NCBI GenBank assembly: GCA_963733195.1
Contig: CAVTCR010000044.1
Span: 1 to 34,868 of the forward strand
Reading direction: 5' to 3'
Origin: an uncultured delta proteobacterium
GTDB taxonomy: Bacteria; Desulfobacterota; Binatia; Bin18
Length of the DNA: 34,868 nucleotides
Shown: piece by piece, positions 1 through 9,685 of the stretch
Layout: each line of letters begins with the position of its first letter
Numbering within the stretch: position 1 is the first letter of the stretch
The notes under the pieces: generated by a model
Seen by the model: only the letters and a program-made list of their open reading frames with translations
Database searches by the model: none
What the model was told of the DNA's origin: nothing
Made by a program: the position numbers and the translations under genes

Positions 1-488
1 CCTTTTTTGATGTCTTCTCCGATCCGTAAGATATTTTCCCACGGGGAAGCACTGCGCTGCACCTCGATCGTGCCGTCGCCCATTTCTTCGGTGTATTCCA
101 CCATGATCATCGAGTCGGCTCCCGGCGGAAGCATTCCCCCAGTTGCGATCCGCATGGTCTCGCCTTTTTTGAGGGCACGCTTGACCTCCTTGCCCATCTC
201 AATGTTACCGACGAGCTTGAGGTACATTGGCAGACTGGCTGACGCCCCGAACGTATCTTTGGCGCGCACAGCATACCCGTCCATGTTGGTGCGGTGAAAA
301 TGTGGGGAATCTGCGGGGGAGGTCAGCGCTTTGGCGAGCACCCGACCGCATGCGTCGACCACAGGAATGGTTTCAGTTCCTGTCTTGGGAGCAAACGCTG
401 CTAGGTGTTCGCGTGCTTCCGCTGACGTGACGACACGGAAGAACGCTTTAACCGGGGCTGGGGCTATAGCCGCCGATGCGCGAGGCAT
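1..488 (-). CDS. moeA: Molybdopterin molybdotransferase MoeA, N-terminal part (runs off window start)
   Basis: Not in the ORF track. Manual translation from ATG at 488 gives MPRASAAIAPAPVKAFFRVVT...GRVLAKALTSPADSPHFHRTNMDGYAVRAKDTFGAS...MRIATGGMLPPGADSMIMVEYTE, with the MoeA motifs MDGYAV and IxTGxxLPxGAD. Start overlaps the end of the nitrilase-family gene by 25 nt. Confidence 0.92.
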   Translation of the reverse strand, partial: MPRASAAIAPAPVKAFFRVVTSAEAREHLAAFAPKTGTETIPVVDACGRVLAKALTSPADSPHFHRTNMDGYAVRAKDTFGASASLPMYLKLVGNIEMGKEVKRALKKGETMRIATGGMLPPGADSMIMVEYTEEMGDGTIEVQRSASPWENILRIGEDIKK

Positions 489-1267
489 GGCAACTCTCTC
501 CTTACTTTTTCGAGATAATCACGATCGATTTCAGCGGTAATGATGCACTCTTTGTCCGGTGCGCGAGCGATGACCTTGCCCCACGGATCAATGATCATGG
601 AGTTTCCATAGTCGGCATGGCCATGGACATTCTTGCCGATCTGGTTTGGTGCGATCACATAGGCTTGATTCTCGATCGCACGAGCGCGCAGCAATGGCTC
701 CCAATGGGCTGCACCGGTCGGAAAGGTAAACGCAGAAGGGACAAACAGCACTTCTGCTCCCCGTTGCGCGAGTTGGCGATATAGCTCAGGAAAGCGAAGA
801 TCATAACATACAGAGAGTCCAAAGGTACCGAGTGGAGTATTGTGAACAACGACCTCTGCACCGGGCTTCATCGATGCTGACTCTTTGACCGTGACTTGTC
901 CAGGAATATCGATATCAAAGAGATGAATCTTACGGTAACACGCGAGAATCTCACCAGCCGGATTCAGGAGAAGACTCGCGTTATGCGAACGCGGTTCATC
1001 AGACTGTTCAAGAAAAGACCCCGCGACCAAGTGGATACGATGCTGACGCGCCAGAGCGCTCAAGCGGTCGGATGTCGGACCAGGAATCACTTCGGCCTGC
1101 TTCAGTCCTTCACCTTTCGGTCCACGCCATGAGAACACTTCTGGCAGGACAACTAGTGAAGCTCCACGCTCAGCCGCGAGACGAACGAACGTCTCGGCTT
1201 TGGCAAGATTTTCCTCTTTCGAGGATGAAGCGGTCATTTGCACAGCGGCGGCAAGATAGGATCGCAT
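464..1267 (-). CDS. Carbon-nitrogen hydrolase (Nit1/deaminated-glutathione amidase-like)
   Basis: Catalytic E-K-C triad in LPE, YRKIHLFD and VCYDLRFPE; also AHWEPLLRARAIENQ. Start placed at ATG 1267 behind an AGGAGG RBS. Confidence 0.9.
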   Translation of the reverse strand: MRSYLAAAVQMTASSSKEENLAKAETFVRLAAERGASLVVLPEVFSWRGPKGEGLKQAEVIPGPTSDRLSALARQHRIHLVAGSFLEQSDEPRSHNASLLLNPAGEILACYRKIHLFDIDIPGQVTVKESASMKPGAEVVVHNTPLGTFGLSVCYDLRFPELYRQLAQRGAEVLFVPSAFTFPTGAAHWEPLLRARAIENQAYVIAPNQIGKNVHGHADYGNSMIIDPWGKVIARAPDKECIITAEIDRDYLEKVRRELPCLAHRRL

Positions 1268-1289
1268 CGATGCTCCTCCTGGGGCGAAA

Positions 1290-1703
1290 CTAACGAACAA
1301 TCCGCCCTTTCGCAACAATAACCTCAAACTCTTCTTTCGTCAGCGGGCTGACCGAGAGTTGGCTTTGCCTGATAAGTGCAAGGTTCTGTAGCCGCTTTTC
1401 TTGCTTCATCTCGCTGAGGGTGACAGGTGTCTTGAGTGTTTCGCTTGGTGCAAGGTCAACCACGACCCACCGTGGGTCTTCCGTTGTTGGATCTTGATAC
1501 GATTCTTTGACCACCTTGGCGATGCCCATGACCGCTAATCCTTCGTTGCTGTGATAGAACAACACGGCATCGTCTTTTTTCATCGCCTGCAGGTTATTCC
1601 GCGCTTGGTAGTTGCGCACGCCATCCCAAAAGGTCCGCTTGTCTTTGAGAAACTGATCCCATGAGTATTTGAATGGTTCGGATTTAACCAGCCAGTAATT
1701 CAC
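1290..1703 (-). CDS. EVE domain protein
   Basis: YWLVKSEP, WDGVRNYQARNNL, FYHS and QLSVSP are EVE signatures. Confidence 0.92.
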   Translation of the reverse strand: MNYWLVKSEPFKYSWDQFLKDKRTFWDGVRNYQARNNLQAMKKDDAVLFYHSNEGLAVMGIAKVVKESYQDPTTEDPRWVVVDLAPSETLKTPVTLSEMKQEKRLQNLALIRQSQLSVSPLTKEEFEVIVAKGRIVR

Positions 1704-1759
1704 TCGTTACCTCGTTTGCGTTTCTTGACGCCATTTAGTAGTCAGAGTGTCTGTAAACT

Positions 1760-1855
1760 ATGAAGGATGAACGCTGAACGATGAATGGTGGAAGAAGGCC
1801 TCTCCTGCCGTCCCCTTTTGCATTCTGCATTCATCATTCTGTATTCCGCAATTTC
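1760..1855. repeat. Inverted pair of heptamer tandem arrays (STRR-like) in a divergent intergenic region
   Basis: ATGAAGG ATGAACG CTGAACG ATGAATG GTGGAAG (1760-1794), then CATTCTG CATTCAT CATTCTG TATTCCG CAATTTC (1821-1855). CATTCAT is the reverse complement of ATGAATG. Confidence 0.8.
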
Positions 1856-1870
1856 TAAAGGAGGGTTACT

Positions 1871-3628
1871 ATGCCGTACGGAAGTCGTCCAGAGTATCGC
1901 ATCAAAGTAGAAAAGAATGTTCCCGCCAAAATGCGTGATGGGGTGACATTGTATGCTGATGTCTATCGTCCTGACGCGGAGGGGCGGTTCCCTGTCATCT
2001 TGTTACGCTTACCGTATGGCAAGCAAATGGCCGGGGACTTCGGTGACCATGAGTTTTTCCCGGCACGTGGATACGTCGTCATCATTCAAGACGGACGGGG
2101 ACGGTTTGAATCAGAGGGTGAATATTATCCGCTGATCAACGAACCATTCGATGGGTACGATACCGTCGAATGGGCGGCGTCATTGCCATACTCAAACGGC
2201 ATGGTCGGCACGCAAGGACAATCGTATCTTGGGGCAACACAATACCTGCTCGCACCAACACGTCCACCCCATCTTCGCTGTGCATTCCCTGTGTCAGCGG
2301 CTGCGGATTTTCATGATACTTGGGTTTATCAAGGTGGTGCGTTCTCACTTGGCTGGCAGATTCCGTATGCAATCTTCATGGTACGGAACACCATCGAGCG
2401 TATGGGACTCAAAGATGAATTATGGCCGAAGATCCGCCCCGACCTGTTACGCTCTGTGAATTTTGGTAATCCGCTAACGATCGAGGGCTATAAACGCTTG
2501 CCCTTGATGTATTGGGCGGACCTGCTCAAGGACACCTCACCATACCTTCGCGATTACCTCACCCATCCTGAAGATGGCCCGTATTGGTGGGCGGTGAGTG
2601 TTGAGCGACAACATCGCAATATCAGCATCCCGATGTACCACGTGAGTTCGTGGTACGACATCTTTCTTAAAGATGCGACGATTCACTTTAATGGATTACG
2701 TTCTCGAGCGCTGACACCAGAAGCACGCGGCGGACAACGGTTGCTGCTCGGGCCGTGGGCGCATTTATTCCCGTATACAACGCCGACGACTGGTGGAACT
2801 GGTGACATCGACTTTGGTCCGAATGCTTTTATAGATCTGCATGACATCCAGTTACGGTGGTTTGATTACTGGTTGAAAGGGGTCGATAACGGCATGGCTG
2901 AGGAGTCACCAATCCGACTATTTGTGATGGGCACAAATCAATGGCGGGATGAATACGAATGGCCGCTCGCCCGTACACGCTACACGCCGTACTACTTGCA
3001 CAGTCGCGGAAAGGCCAACACGCTCAACGGCGACGGTACCCTCAGTCTAGAGGCACCGGGAGAAGAGCCTACGGATCATTACCGCTATGATCCTACCGAT
3101 CCGGTACCGACGTGTGGCGGTAACACGCTGATTATTCCTGTCGGCGTGAAAGACCAGCGTGAAGTGGAAAGCCGTCAGGATGTACTAGTGTACACCGGTG
3201 CGCCGCTGGAGAAGCCACTCGAAGTGACCGGACCGCTCAAAGTGGTTCTCTATGCCTCATCGTCGGCGTTCGATACTGACTTTACAGCCAAGTTGCTGGA
3301 TGTCCGTCCTGATGGCTATGCGCAAAATCTTGCCGACGGGATTCTCCGAGCGCGGTATCGTGAGTCGATGAGTTCGCCTAAACTGCTCACGAAAGGCGAG
3401 GTCTACGAATTGACCATCGACTTGTGGGCGACGAGTCATGTGTTTTTGCCTGGACATCGTATTCGCGTAGAAATCTCGTCGAGTAACTTCCCGCGTTTCG
3501 ACCGCAACCTCAACACTGGCGGAGATCAGGCGACCGGAACGACGTTCCAGGTTGCAGAACAGTCAGTGTTCCACAACCAGAAATTCCGCTCGCACCTTCT
3601 TTTGCCAGTGATTCCCTCAGGCACTTAG
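1871..3628 (+). CDS. CocE/NonD family serine hydrolase (peptidase S15-like)
   Basis: MRDGVTLYADVYRP, QDGRGRFESEG, nucleophile GQSYLG, GPWAH and C-terminal SSSNFPRFDRN; GGAGG RBS. Confidence 0.93.
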   Translation: MPYGSRPEYRIKVEKNVPAKMRDGVTLYADVYRPDAEGRFPVILLRLPYGKQMAGDFGDHEFFPARGYVVIIQDGRGRFESEGEYYPLINEPFDGYDTVEWAASLPYSNGMVGTQGQSYLGATQYLLAPTRPPHLRCAFPVSAAADFHDTWVYQGGAFSLGWQIPYAIFMVRNTIERMGLKDELWPKIRPDLLRSVNFGNPLTIEGYKRLPLMYWADLLKDTSPYLRDYLTHPEDGPYWWAVSVERQHRNISIPMYHVSSWYDIFLKDATIHFNGLRSRALTPEARGGQRLLLGPWAHLFPYTTPTTGGTGDIDFGPNAFIDLHDIQLRWFDYWLKGVDNGMAEESPIRLFVMGTNQWRDEYEWPLARTRYTPYYLHSRGKANTLNGDGTLSLEAPGEEPTDHYRYDPTDPVPTCGGNTLIIPVGVKDQREVESRQDVLVYTGAPLEKPLEVTGPLKVVLYASSSAFDTDFTAKLLDVRPDGYAQNLADGILRARYRESMSSPKLLTKGEVYELTIDLWATSHVFLPGHRIRVEISSSNFPRFDRNLNTGGDQATGTTFQVAEQSVFHNQKFRSHLLLPVIPSGT

Positions 3629-3660
3629 AGCGGTTTGCGCTTGGATGTAAGGTGTTCACG

Positions 3661-3770
3661 GGTGAGATTGCTTCGTCGCGGAGTTTATCCTGAGCGTGTC
3701 GAAGGGCTCCTCGCAATGACCCTCAGGGCCGTCATTGCGAGCGACTGACAACGAGCGAAGCAGTCTCACC
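3661..3770. repeat. Composite REP-like inverted repeat between convergent genes (possible terminator)
   Basis: Outer arms GGTGAGATTGCTTCG / CGAAGCAGTCTCACC (14/15 match). Inner arms CTCGCAATGAC (3710-3720) / GTCATTGCGAG (3731-3741). A second motif, GAGTTTATCCTGAGCGTGTCGAAGGG, is nested at 3681-3706. Confidence 0.8.
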
Positions 3771-3795
3771 CCAATATAGGCAAACGGAAACTGCT

Positions 3796-5486
3796 CTAGA
3801 CAGAAAGAGGGATGGTGCCTCTACTATTCCTCTGTTCCTTGTCGACTTCCTGTGAGGGGTGTGTCCGTACGAGCGACTCATCTTCCACAGGGAGGGTAAA
3901 GAAAAACGTACTTCCCTTATCGGGTACGCTTTCAACCCAGATTCGTCCCCCGTGTGCGGTGACCAGATTCTTGACCAGAGCGAGACCTAATCCAGTCCCA
4001 CCGATACTTCGCGTGGCAGTGCTATCGGCCCGGAAAAACTTGCTGAATAACTTGGGGTGAATTTCTGGGGCTATACCAATGCCTGTATCGGAGACCCACA
4101 CCACTATTTCCGTGCCCTTTTGCTGGGCGCCAAGTGTTATTTTTCCTCCTTGGGGGAGAACTTGACCGCATTGGAAAGCAGGTTGGTAAGCACTTGGTGA
4201 ATTCGATCGGGGTCAACGCGGGCAAGCGGGAGCGTTGTCGGAGACTCAATGTGGAAACAAAGTTTGCTGTCGCCAATGTCGAAAAGGGTCACCGCCTTCT
4301 GAAGGAGGGGACCCAAAGCGGTGACTTCAAAACGGTAGCTTTGTTGACAGGTCTCAATTCTTTGCAAGTCGAGGAAATCGTTGATGAGATTTGTAAGCCT
4401 GGTCGATTCACTGTGAATGATGGTTAAGAATTGCCGTTGCTCTTCTGGGGAGAAACTGCGCGTAAGCATCAATTCGGTGAACCCACGTAAACTTGCCAGG
4501 GGCGTGCGCAATTCGTGGCTGACAGTAGAGAGTAACTCGTCCTTGAGTCGCTCGATAGTCGTCCGTTCGGTGACATCTTGGACAAGGGACAGAATGGAGA
4601 TCGCCTGTCCTGTCTCATCGAACAAAACTGAATTGTACCACTCGCAATGGGTGATGGCGCCGTCTTTGGTATAATTTCGGTTTTGTACGACCAACCGCTG
4701 TTCGTTACCACTCAGCAGATGAGCGATAACTGCGTGGACCTTGGCCTTATCTTCATCGACAACAAATGGCCACTCGAAAGGATGCTTGCCGAGCACTTCT
4801 GCTGCTTTCCAACCAAAGATACGTTCTGCCTGGGGTGACCAGCGTTGGATATGGAATTCGTGATTCCACTCGATGACGGCGAGAGGCGAATTCTCTACAT
4901 GAAAGCGAAGGCGTTGATGGGTATTTTGCAACGCTTCTTCTGTCAGTTTTCGCTCGCGGATTTCTTGTTGTAACGTGGTATTTGCCTTGGCCAACGCAAG
5001 GGTCCGCTCTTCTACGCGTTGCTCAAGTTCGTCATGCGCTTTGCGTAGTGCGTTTTGGCTATCATGGAGAGCTTCGATCGCCCGGCTGGCGCGTAAAGTA
5101 TAGTGAATGCGGTGACCAAGCGTCGGCCAATGAATTGGTTTAGTGAGGAAATCTGTTGCGCCCAGTTCATATGCACGATTGATTGATGCGATATCATCAA
5201 GCCCAGTGACCAGCACGATTGGGATGTGTGTTCCGGCAGGGAGGCTCCGTAAGGCCGTACAGGTCGCAAACCCATCCATGCGGGGCATCAGTACGTCTAA
5301 GAGCATAATGTCCGGTTGTTGCTGTGTGAACAACGCGATAGCTTTATCGCCGTCGCTGGCCTCCTCGACTGTAAACCCTGCTTGTTCAAGGGACTCACGC
5401 ATTAACAGTCGCATGGTCGAGTCGTCGTCGACGACCAAAACAAGCGGATCGTTGCCCATGCTTTTCTCAGATGCGGGAATAGCCAT
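3796..5486 (-). CDS. Hybrid sensor kinase REC-coiled coil-PAS-HisKA-HATPase, split by a 1-nt frameshift at about 4152-4156
   Basis: LVVDDD/LLDVLMP/FLTKP receiver, PAS, SHELRTPL and NLLSNAVKFSP. Adding one C to the C5 run continues in frame as QGGKITLGAQQKGTEIVVWVSDTGIG...GGTGLGL (ORF 3796-4104). Confidence 0.88.
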
Positions 5487-5682
5487 CCTACTCGTTTCTT
5501 TTCGCAAACGCAGAAGGACAGCGTGCAATGCACGGTTTTTTGCCAGCCATTGTGTTCCCTAAAGACCACTCCCACTATGGTAAGGATCGGGTATTTGGAC
5601 GAGGGCTTTAGCAACATGCTATTATCTAAGGAAGAGATGCTCTTGCTACAAATCATCACTCTCTATTTCTGGATGCTCGTAA

Positions 5683-5708
5683 GAGTTTATCCTGAGCCCG
5701 TTGAAGGG
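5683..5708 (+). repeat. Second copy of the REP-like motif at 3681-3706
   Basis: GAGTTTATCCTGAGCCCGTTGAAGGG versus GAGTTTATCCTGAGCGTGTCGAAGGG, 23/26 identical. Confidence 0.7.
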
Positions 5709-5970
5709 TGGGCATAATGGGTCTGTACGCAGTTTTCCGTCTTTCTGCAAAAGCGAGAATCCAGGTTTTCGGAGTGGGAGAGGTTTGGGGGTGGATTCTA
5801 AGGTTTCCTCGTATGGACAGCATGGACCATTCCATGGTACCGAAAGAGGAAGCTAACCTAGACCGCGAGGGGGAAGGAGAGGTGGATGATTTATCGAGCA
5901 GAGTGCCTGGGCTAAAGTAGGAGCGGGAAGGCTTTGATAATCTCACACCTCTGATGGAAAGGAGACGTCC

Positions 5971-6585
5971 ATGAGCGCGGCAACTATCAGTATCGCAATG
6001 TCTGAGAACACGACCTCCTCATTGGAAGAACGAAATGGCGTTGCAGAAGAGTCTCTTGATCGCCAACAGGCGACAGTGAGTGACCAAAGTAGTAGTAACA
6101 ACCTCGAGAAAATCCGAGATATCCTCGTCGGAGGTCAAATGCGAGAGGTGGAAAAACGCTTCGCACGCTTGGAGGACCGTCTGACAAAGCTCTCGTATGA
6201 TCTTCGTGAGGATCTGAATAAGAGTCTGACCTCGCTGGAGACCTCTTTTAAAAAAGAAATTGAATCGCTCAATGATCGCTTTCTCACTGAGTCGAACGAG
6301 CGAGGTGGTGCAGTGAAAACCCTTTCTCTCGAGTTGAAGGCGTTAAGCGATTTCTCATGGCAGAAATGGAACCAGCTCGAGGAGCAGGGTACCAAGAATC
6401 TCGGAGAGTTATCGAGAGCTTTAAGTGAGGAAATTCGTCAGAAGCACCAAGAGTTAACTGAAGTCGTGGAACGGGTAGTGCAAGACTTACACTCGAATAA
6501 AACTGACCGTGCCTCACTCGCCGCGCTGTTCAACGAAGTTGCCGCTCGGCTTAATACCGAAGCCCGTCGTCCGGATGGAGAATGA
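5971..6585 (+). CDS. Coiled-coil hypothetical protein
   Basis: 204-aa ORF with AGGAG RBS and helical composition; motifs LEKIRDILVG and KTDRASLAALFNEVAARL. Confidence 0.8.
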   Translation: MSAATISIAMSENTTSSLEERNGVAEESLDRQQATVSDQSSSNNLEKIRDILVGGQMREVEKRFARLEDRLTKLSYDLREDLNKSLTSLETSFKKEIESLNDRFLTESNERGGAVKTLSLELKALSDFSWQKWNQLEEQGTKNLGELSRALSEEIRQKHQELTEVVERVVQDLHSNKTDRASLAALFNEVAARLNTEARRPDGE

Positions 6586-6670
6586 ACAGAGATAAGAGGT
6601 GAGGGAGGAGGGATATCGAAAGCGCTATTGTCGCTATTCCTTTCGTCTTTTCTTTCTTTAAGGAGAGTCC

Positions 6671-8527
6671 GTGAAACAACCGAATAGGGAAGCCCCATCT
6701 CTATTTTCTGCACATCCTGCGCTTAAGGTGCCCAGGTCTTCCCACTCTCCAATCCAGAACGGGGCGGATGAACTTACTGAACTCCGTGCGCTTTTGGTAG
6801 GTTCCGAACTTGCGCAATTAGCTAGTATCCGCGAGCGACTAGACAAACTTCTCATCCGTGCTGAAGATGTTAGCCGCGTTCTTCCTGAAGCTATCCTTGC
6901 CCGCAGCAAGACGAAAGATAAACAACTGACAACGGCGCTCACTCCCACCGTCGAAGCCGCGTTGTCAACTTCTGTCAAGAGAAATCCTCAGCCCTTAGTA
7001 AATGCGATTGCCCCGGTTATAGGGTCTGCCCTCCGTCAAGCAGTTGCCAATGCGTTAGAGGAGCTGACGCAAAAGATTAATCAGATACTGGAACAGCACG
7101 TGTCTCTTAAAGGGCTGCGGTGGCGGTTTGAATCCTGGCGTACCGGAAGGCCGTTTGCAGAAATCGTCCTCAGCCATACGTTGCTCTATCGCGTTGAACA
7201 AGTATTCCTGGTGCATAAAAAAACCGGACTCCTGCTCCATCATGTTGGGATCGAAGGGGAAAGCATGCAGGATACCGACATAGTGTCGAGTATGCTCTCT
7301 GCTATTCAAAACTTCGTGCAAGACTCTTCTGGTACCACGAAAGACGAGTTACTGGAGAGTTTTCAAGTTGGTGAGCTGGCGGTCGATGTCGAGCAAGGAC
7401 CAGAGGCATTTCTTGCTGCGGTGGTTCGTGGCAATCCGCCGCGCCGTCTCCGTCGTGTGTTTCTCGAAGCTCTGGAAAGCATCCATTTAGAGTGTGCCCG
7501 TGAGCTGGAAGAGTTCAAAGGAGATGCCACTCCGTTCATTGCTAGTCGTCCGTATTTGGAAGAATGCCTGCAGATGCAAACTGATACCCCGCCCGGAAAG
7601 GGAAAGCCTATCCTCTCTTGGGGGTTGCGCCTCGTTCTCTTTGGCCTAGGGGCTGCGCTTGTCTGGTGGGGGTATCAGACGCTCCAAGACAATCGTCGCT
7701 GGTCGGATTATTTGGAACGGCTCAAAATAGAACCGGGTGTCGTGGTGGTAGCGAGCGAAAAACAACAAGGGAAACGGGTTGTGAGGGGGCTACGCGATCC
7801 GCTAGCGACAGACCCAGTGTTACTTCTTCAGGAAGCCGGGATAGACCCGGCGAATGTTGTCAGCCAGTGGGAGCCGTATCAAGCGCTTCATCCAGAGTTC
7901 ATCCTAACCAGAGCCAAGGCCATACTTTCTCCGCCTGACAGTATTACTCTGCATTTTGAAAACGGCACGTTGACGGCCGCAGGTTCTGCGCCGCGTCAAT
8001 GGACTGATGATGCTCGCAAGCTGGCCCGGGCTATTCCCGGAGTAGCGAACTTTCTGGAGGCTTCCATTGCAGAGGTGAATACCAGTGATGTTGTGCAGAA
8101 AGATGCCAATGCCGATGCGCAAGAATTGCAACGTAAGGAAATGGTGGCGGCGAAAGAGCAGCTGGAACAACAGACCGTCCAGTTCCTCGTGGACACTCTC
8201 GATCTGGTATCCGGTCAAGAAGCCGCTTTGAAAGAGATAGCGGCGATGGTTCGCATCCTTCTCGCAGCCGCACAGTTTGTCGGACAATCTGTCAAGATTG
8301 ACGTTGTCGGACATGCGGATGGGAGTGGCGCTCCGCTTGGGGATCAAATCCTCGGTCTCACTCGTGCTGAACGGGTCATCGGAGAATTAGCGAAAAACGG
8401 ACTCACTCGAAGTGATCTTGTCGCACTGAAGGCTCGCATAGAAGACGCTTCGCAAGGAAGAGAAACGCCGGAGCCGCAATCACACGGGAAGGTCTCTTTC
8501 CGCGTCAGGTTGCTTGACCAGTCATAG
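6671..8527 (+). CDS. Membrane protein with a cytoplasmic longin/roadblock-like domain, one TM helix and a C-terminal OmpA-like domain
   Basis: AAGGAG RBS plus GTG start. Contains YRVEQVFLVHKKTGLLL...DIVSSMLSAIQNFVQD, TM segment WGLRLVLFGLGAALVWWGY, BON-like LTAAGSAP and OmpA-like VVGHADGSG...RAERV. Confidence 0.8.
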   Translation: MKQPNREAPSLFSAHPALKVPRSSHSPIQNGADELTELRALLVGSELAQLASIRERLDKLLIRAEDVSRVLPEAILARSKTKDKQLTTALTPTVEAALSTSVKRNPQPLVNAIAPVIGSALRQAVANALEELTQKINQILEQHVSLKGLRWRFESWRTGRPFAEIVLSHTLLYRVEQVFLVHKKTGLLLHHVGIEGESMQDTDIVSSMLSAIQNFVQDSSGTTKDELLESFQVGELAVDVEQGPEAFLAAVVRGNPPRRLRRVFLEALESIHLECARELEEFKGDATPFIASRPYLEECLQMQTDTPPGKGKPILSWGLRLVLFGLGAALVWWGYQTLQDNRRWSDYLERLKIEPGVVVVASEKQQGKRVVRGLRDPLATDPVLLLQEAGIDPANVVSQWEPYQALHPEFILTRAKAILSPPDSITLHFENGTLTAAGSAPRQWTDDARKLARAIPGVANFLEASIAEVNTSDVVQKDANADAQELQRKEMVAAKEQLEQQTVQFLVDTLDLVSGQEAALKEIAAMVRILLAAAQFVGQSVKIDVVGHADGSGAPLGDQILGLTRAERVIGELAKNGLTRSDLVALKARIEDASQGRETPEPQSHGKVSFRVRLLDQS

Positions 8528-8542
8528 GTCTGACGTAGCGCC

Positions 8543-8816
8543 AAGATCCAAAAGAAGGTCAGCTTACTCGGCGCGTTTGCGGCAGGGAAGACGAGTCTTG
8601 TCGCTCGGTTTGTTCACACTATACTCTCTGATAAGTATCTGACGACGGTTGGGGTCAAGATCGAGAAGAAAGTCCTTCAAGTTGGTGCCCAGCAATTCGC
8701 CTTTCTTTTGTCGGATCTTGCCCGAGAGGGCGAATTTGTGTAGGTGCGAATGTCATACCTGCGAGGGTCCGCCTGCTATTTCTTGGTAGCTGATGGGACC
8801 CGGCGAGACACAATCA
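8543..8816 (+). pseudogene. Rab/Ras-like small GTPase pseudogene
   Basis: Manual translation: KIQKKVSLLGAFAAGKTSLVARFVHTILSDKYLTTVGVKIEKKVLQVGAQQFAFLLSDLAREGEFV*VRMSYLRGSACYFLVADGTRRDT. G1 GxxxxGKT and G2 TxG are present, G3 has decayed to SDLAR, AAG sits at the expected start, there is an in-frame TAG at 8741, and no G4/G5 is seen. Confidence 0.85.
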
Positions 8817-9647
8817 ATCGCAAAGCTGGTCGTAAATTGCACGCAACTCTGAATGGACATCACGGAAGACGTCAAGTAAGCGCGGCTCAAAGTGCTGCGG
8901 GAGTGTCCGACCATCACCATTCAAGACGATGTCGCAGGCATGCTCATGCGTAAATGCTGCTTTGTACGGACGGACGCTGCGTAACGCATCGTATTGATCT
9001 GCAAGCATCACAACCCGTCCAGGTAGGGGAATTTCTTCGCCTTGTAACCCTTGTGGGTACCCACTGCCGTCCCACTGCTCGTGGTGTGTCAGAGCAATTT
9101 GTCCAGCGACTTCCAGGAGTGGAGAGTGAGCTCCTTTGAGGAGACTCGCGCCGAGTGCGGTATGATTCTTCATGATTCTCCACTCTTCGCCATCAAGCGG
9201 CCCTTTTTTGAGAAGAATCACGTCTGGAACTCCGATTTTCCCCACATCATGCATCGGAGCTGCCGCTGCAATGAAGTTAGCCTCTTGATTGTTTAACCCG
9301 AGGTGCTGAGCGATGACTTTTGTGTAATGGCTGAGGCGTTCAGTGTGAGCCGCACTTTCATCATCTTTGTAACGCATCGCTCGGGTGAGACGCAACAAGC
9401 TTTCATAATGTGCCTGTTCGAGATCGCGACTCTTACGCTTTTCTGCGTCATAGGACGTTTTGAGATCTTTGGCAAAAGCTTGAAGCTGGAGGTTGGCTGC
9501 TCGTAACGCATGCGATTGTTCACGCTCGCGAACCCAGACCTGGCGCAGGTCTTGGGCATAGAGGGCTAACTGGGTTTGTGCTTCTTTCAGTTGTAACTGT
9601 AACTCCGTGACCTGTTGTTCAAGAGAAGGCTGGGTACTAGTTACCAT
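8814..9647 (-). CDS. HD-GYP c-di-GMP phosphodiesterase with N-terminal coiled coil
   Basis: HDVGKIG, HHEQWDGSGYP, ADQYDAL and RPYK motifs. Confidence 0.92.
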   Translation of the reverse strand: MVTSTQPSLEQQVTELQLQLKEAQTQLALYAQDLRQVWVREREQSHALRAANLQLQAFAKDLKTSYDAEKRKSRDLEQAHYESLLRLTRAMRYKDDESAAHTERLSHYTKVIAQHLGLNNQEANFIAAAAPMHDVGKIGVPDVILLKKGPLDGEEWRIMKNHTALGASLLKGAHSPLLEVAGQIALTHHEQWDGSGYPQGLQGEEIPLPGRVVMLADQYDALRSVRPYKAAFTHEHACDIVLNGDGRTLPQHFEPRLLDVFRDVHSELRAIYDQLCD

Positions 9648-9685
9648 AATCTTAGCGTATTGATTTACGCATGCGTCAGCAAAAA

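Noticed and set aside
7-540. Plus-strand ORFs at the window start
   Set aside because: Antisense shadows of moeA and the nitrilase-family gene.
5530-5950. Short ORFs in the divergent intergenic region
   Set aside because: Mutually overlapping with no domain signal; probably promoter DNA, but no promoter could be assigned confidently.
8741-8743. TAG read-through (pyrrolysine or recoding) in the GTPase
   Set aside because: The same gene also lacks a start, has a broken G3 motif and is truncated, and TAG terminates other genes in the window normally.
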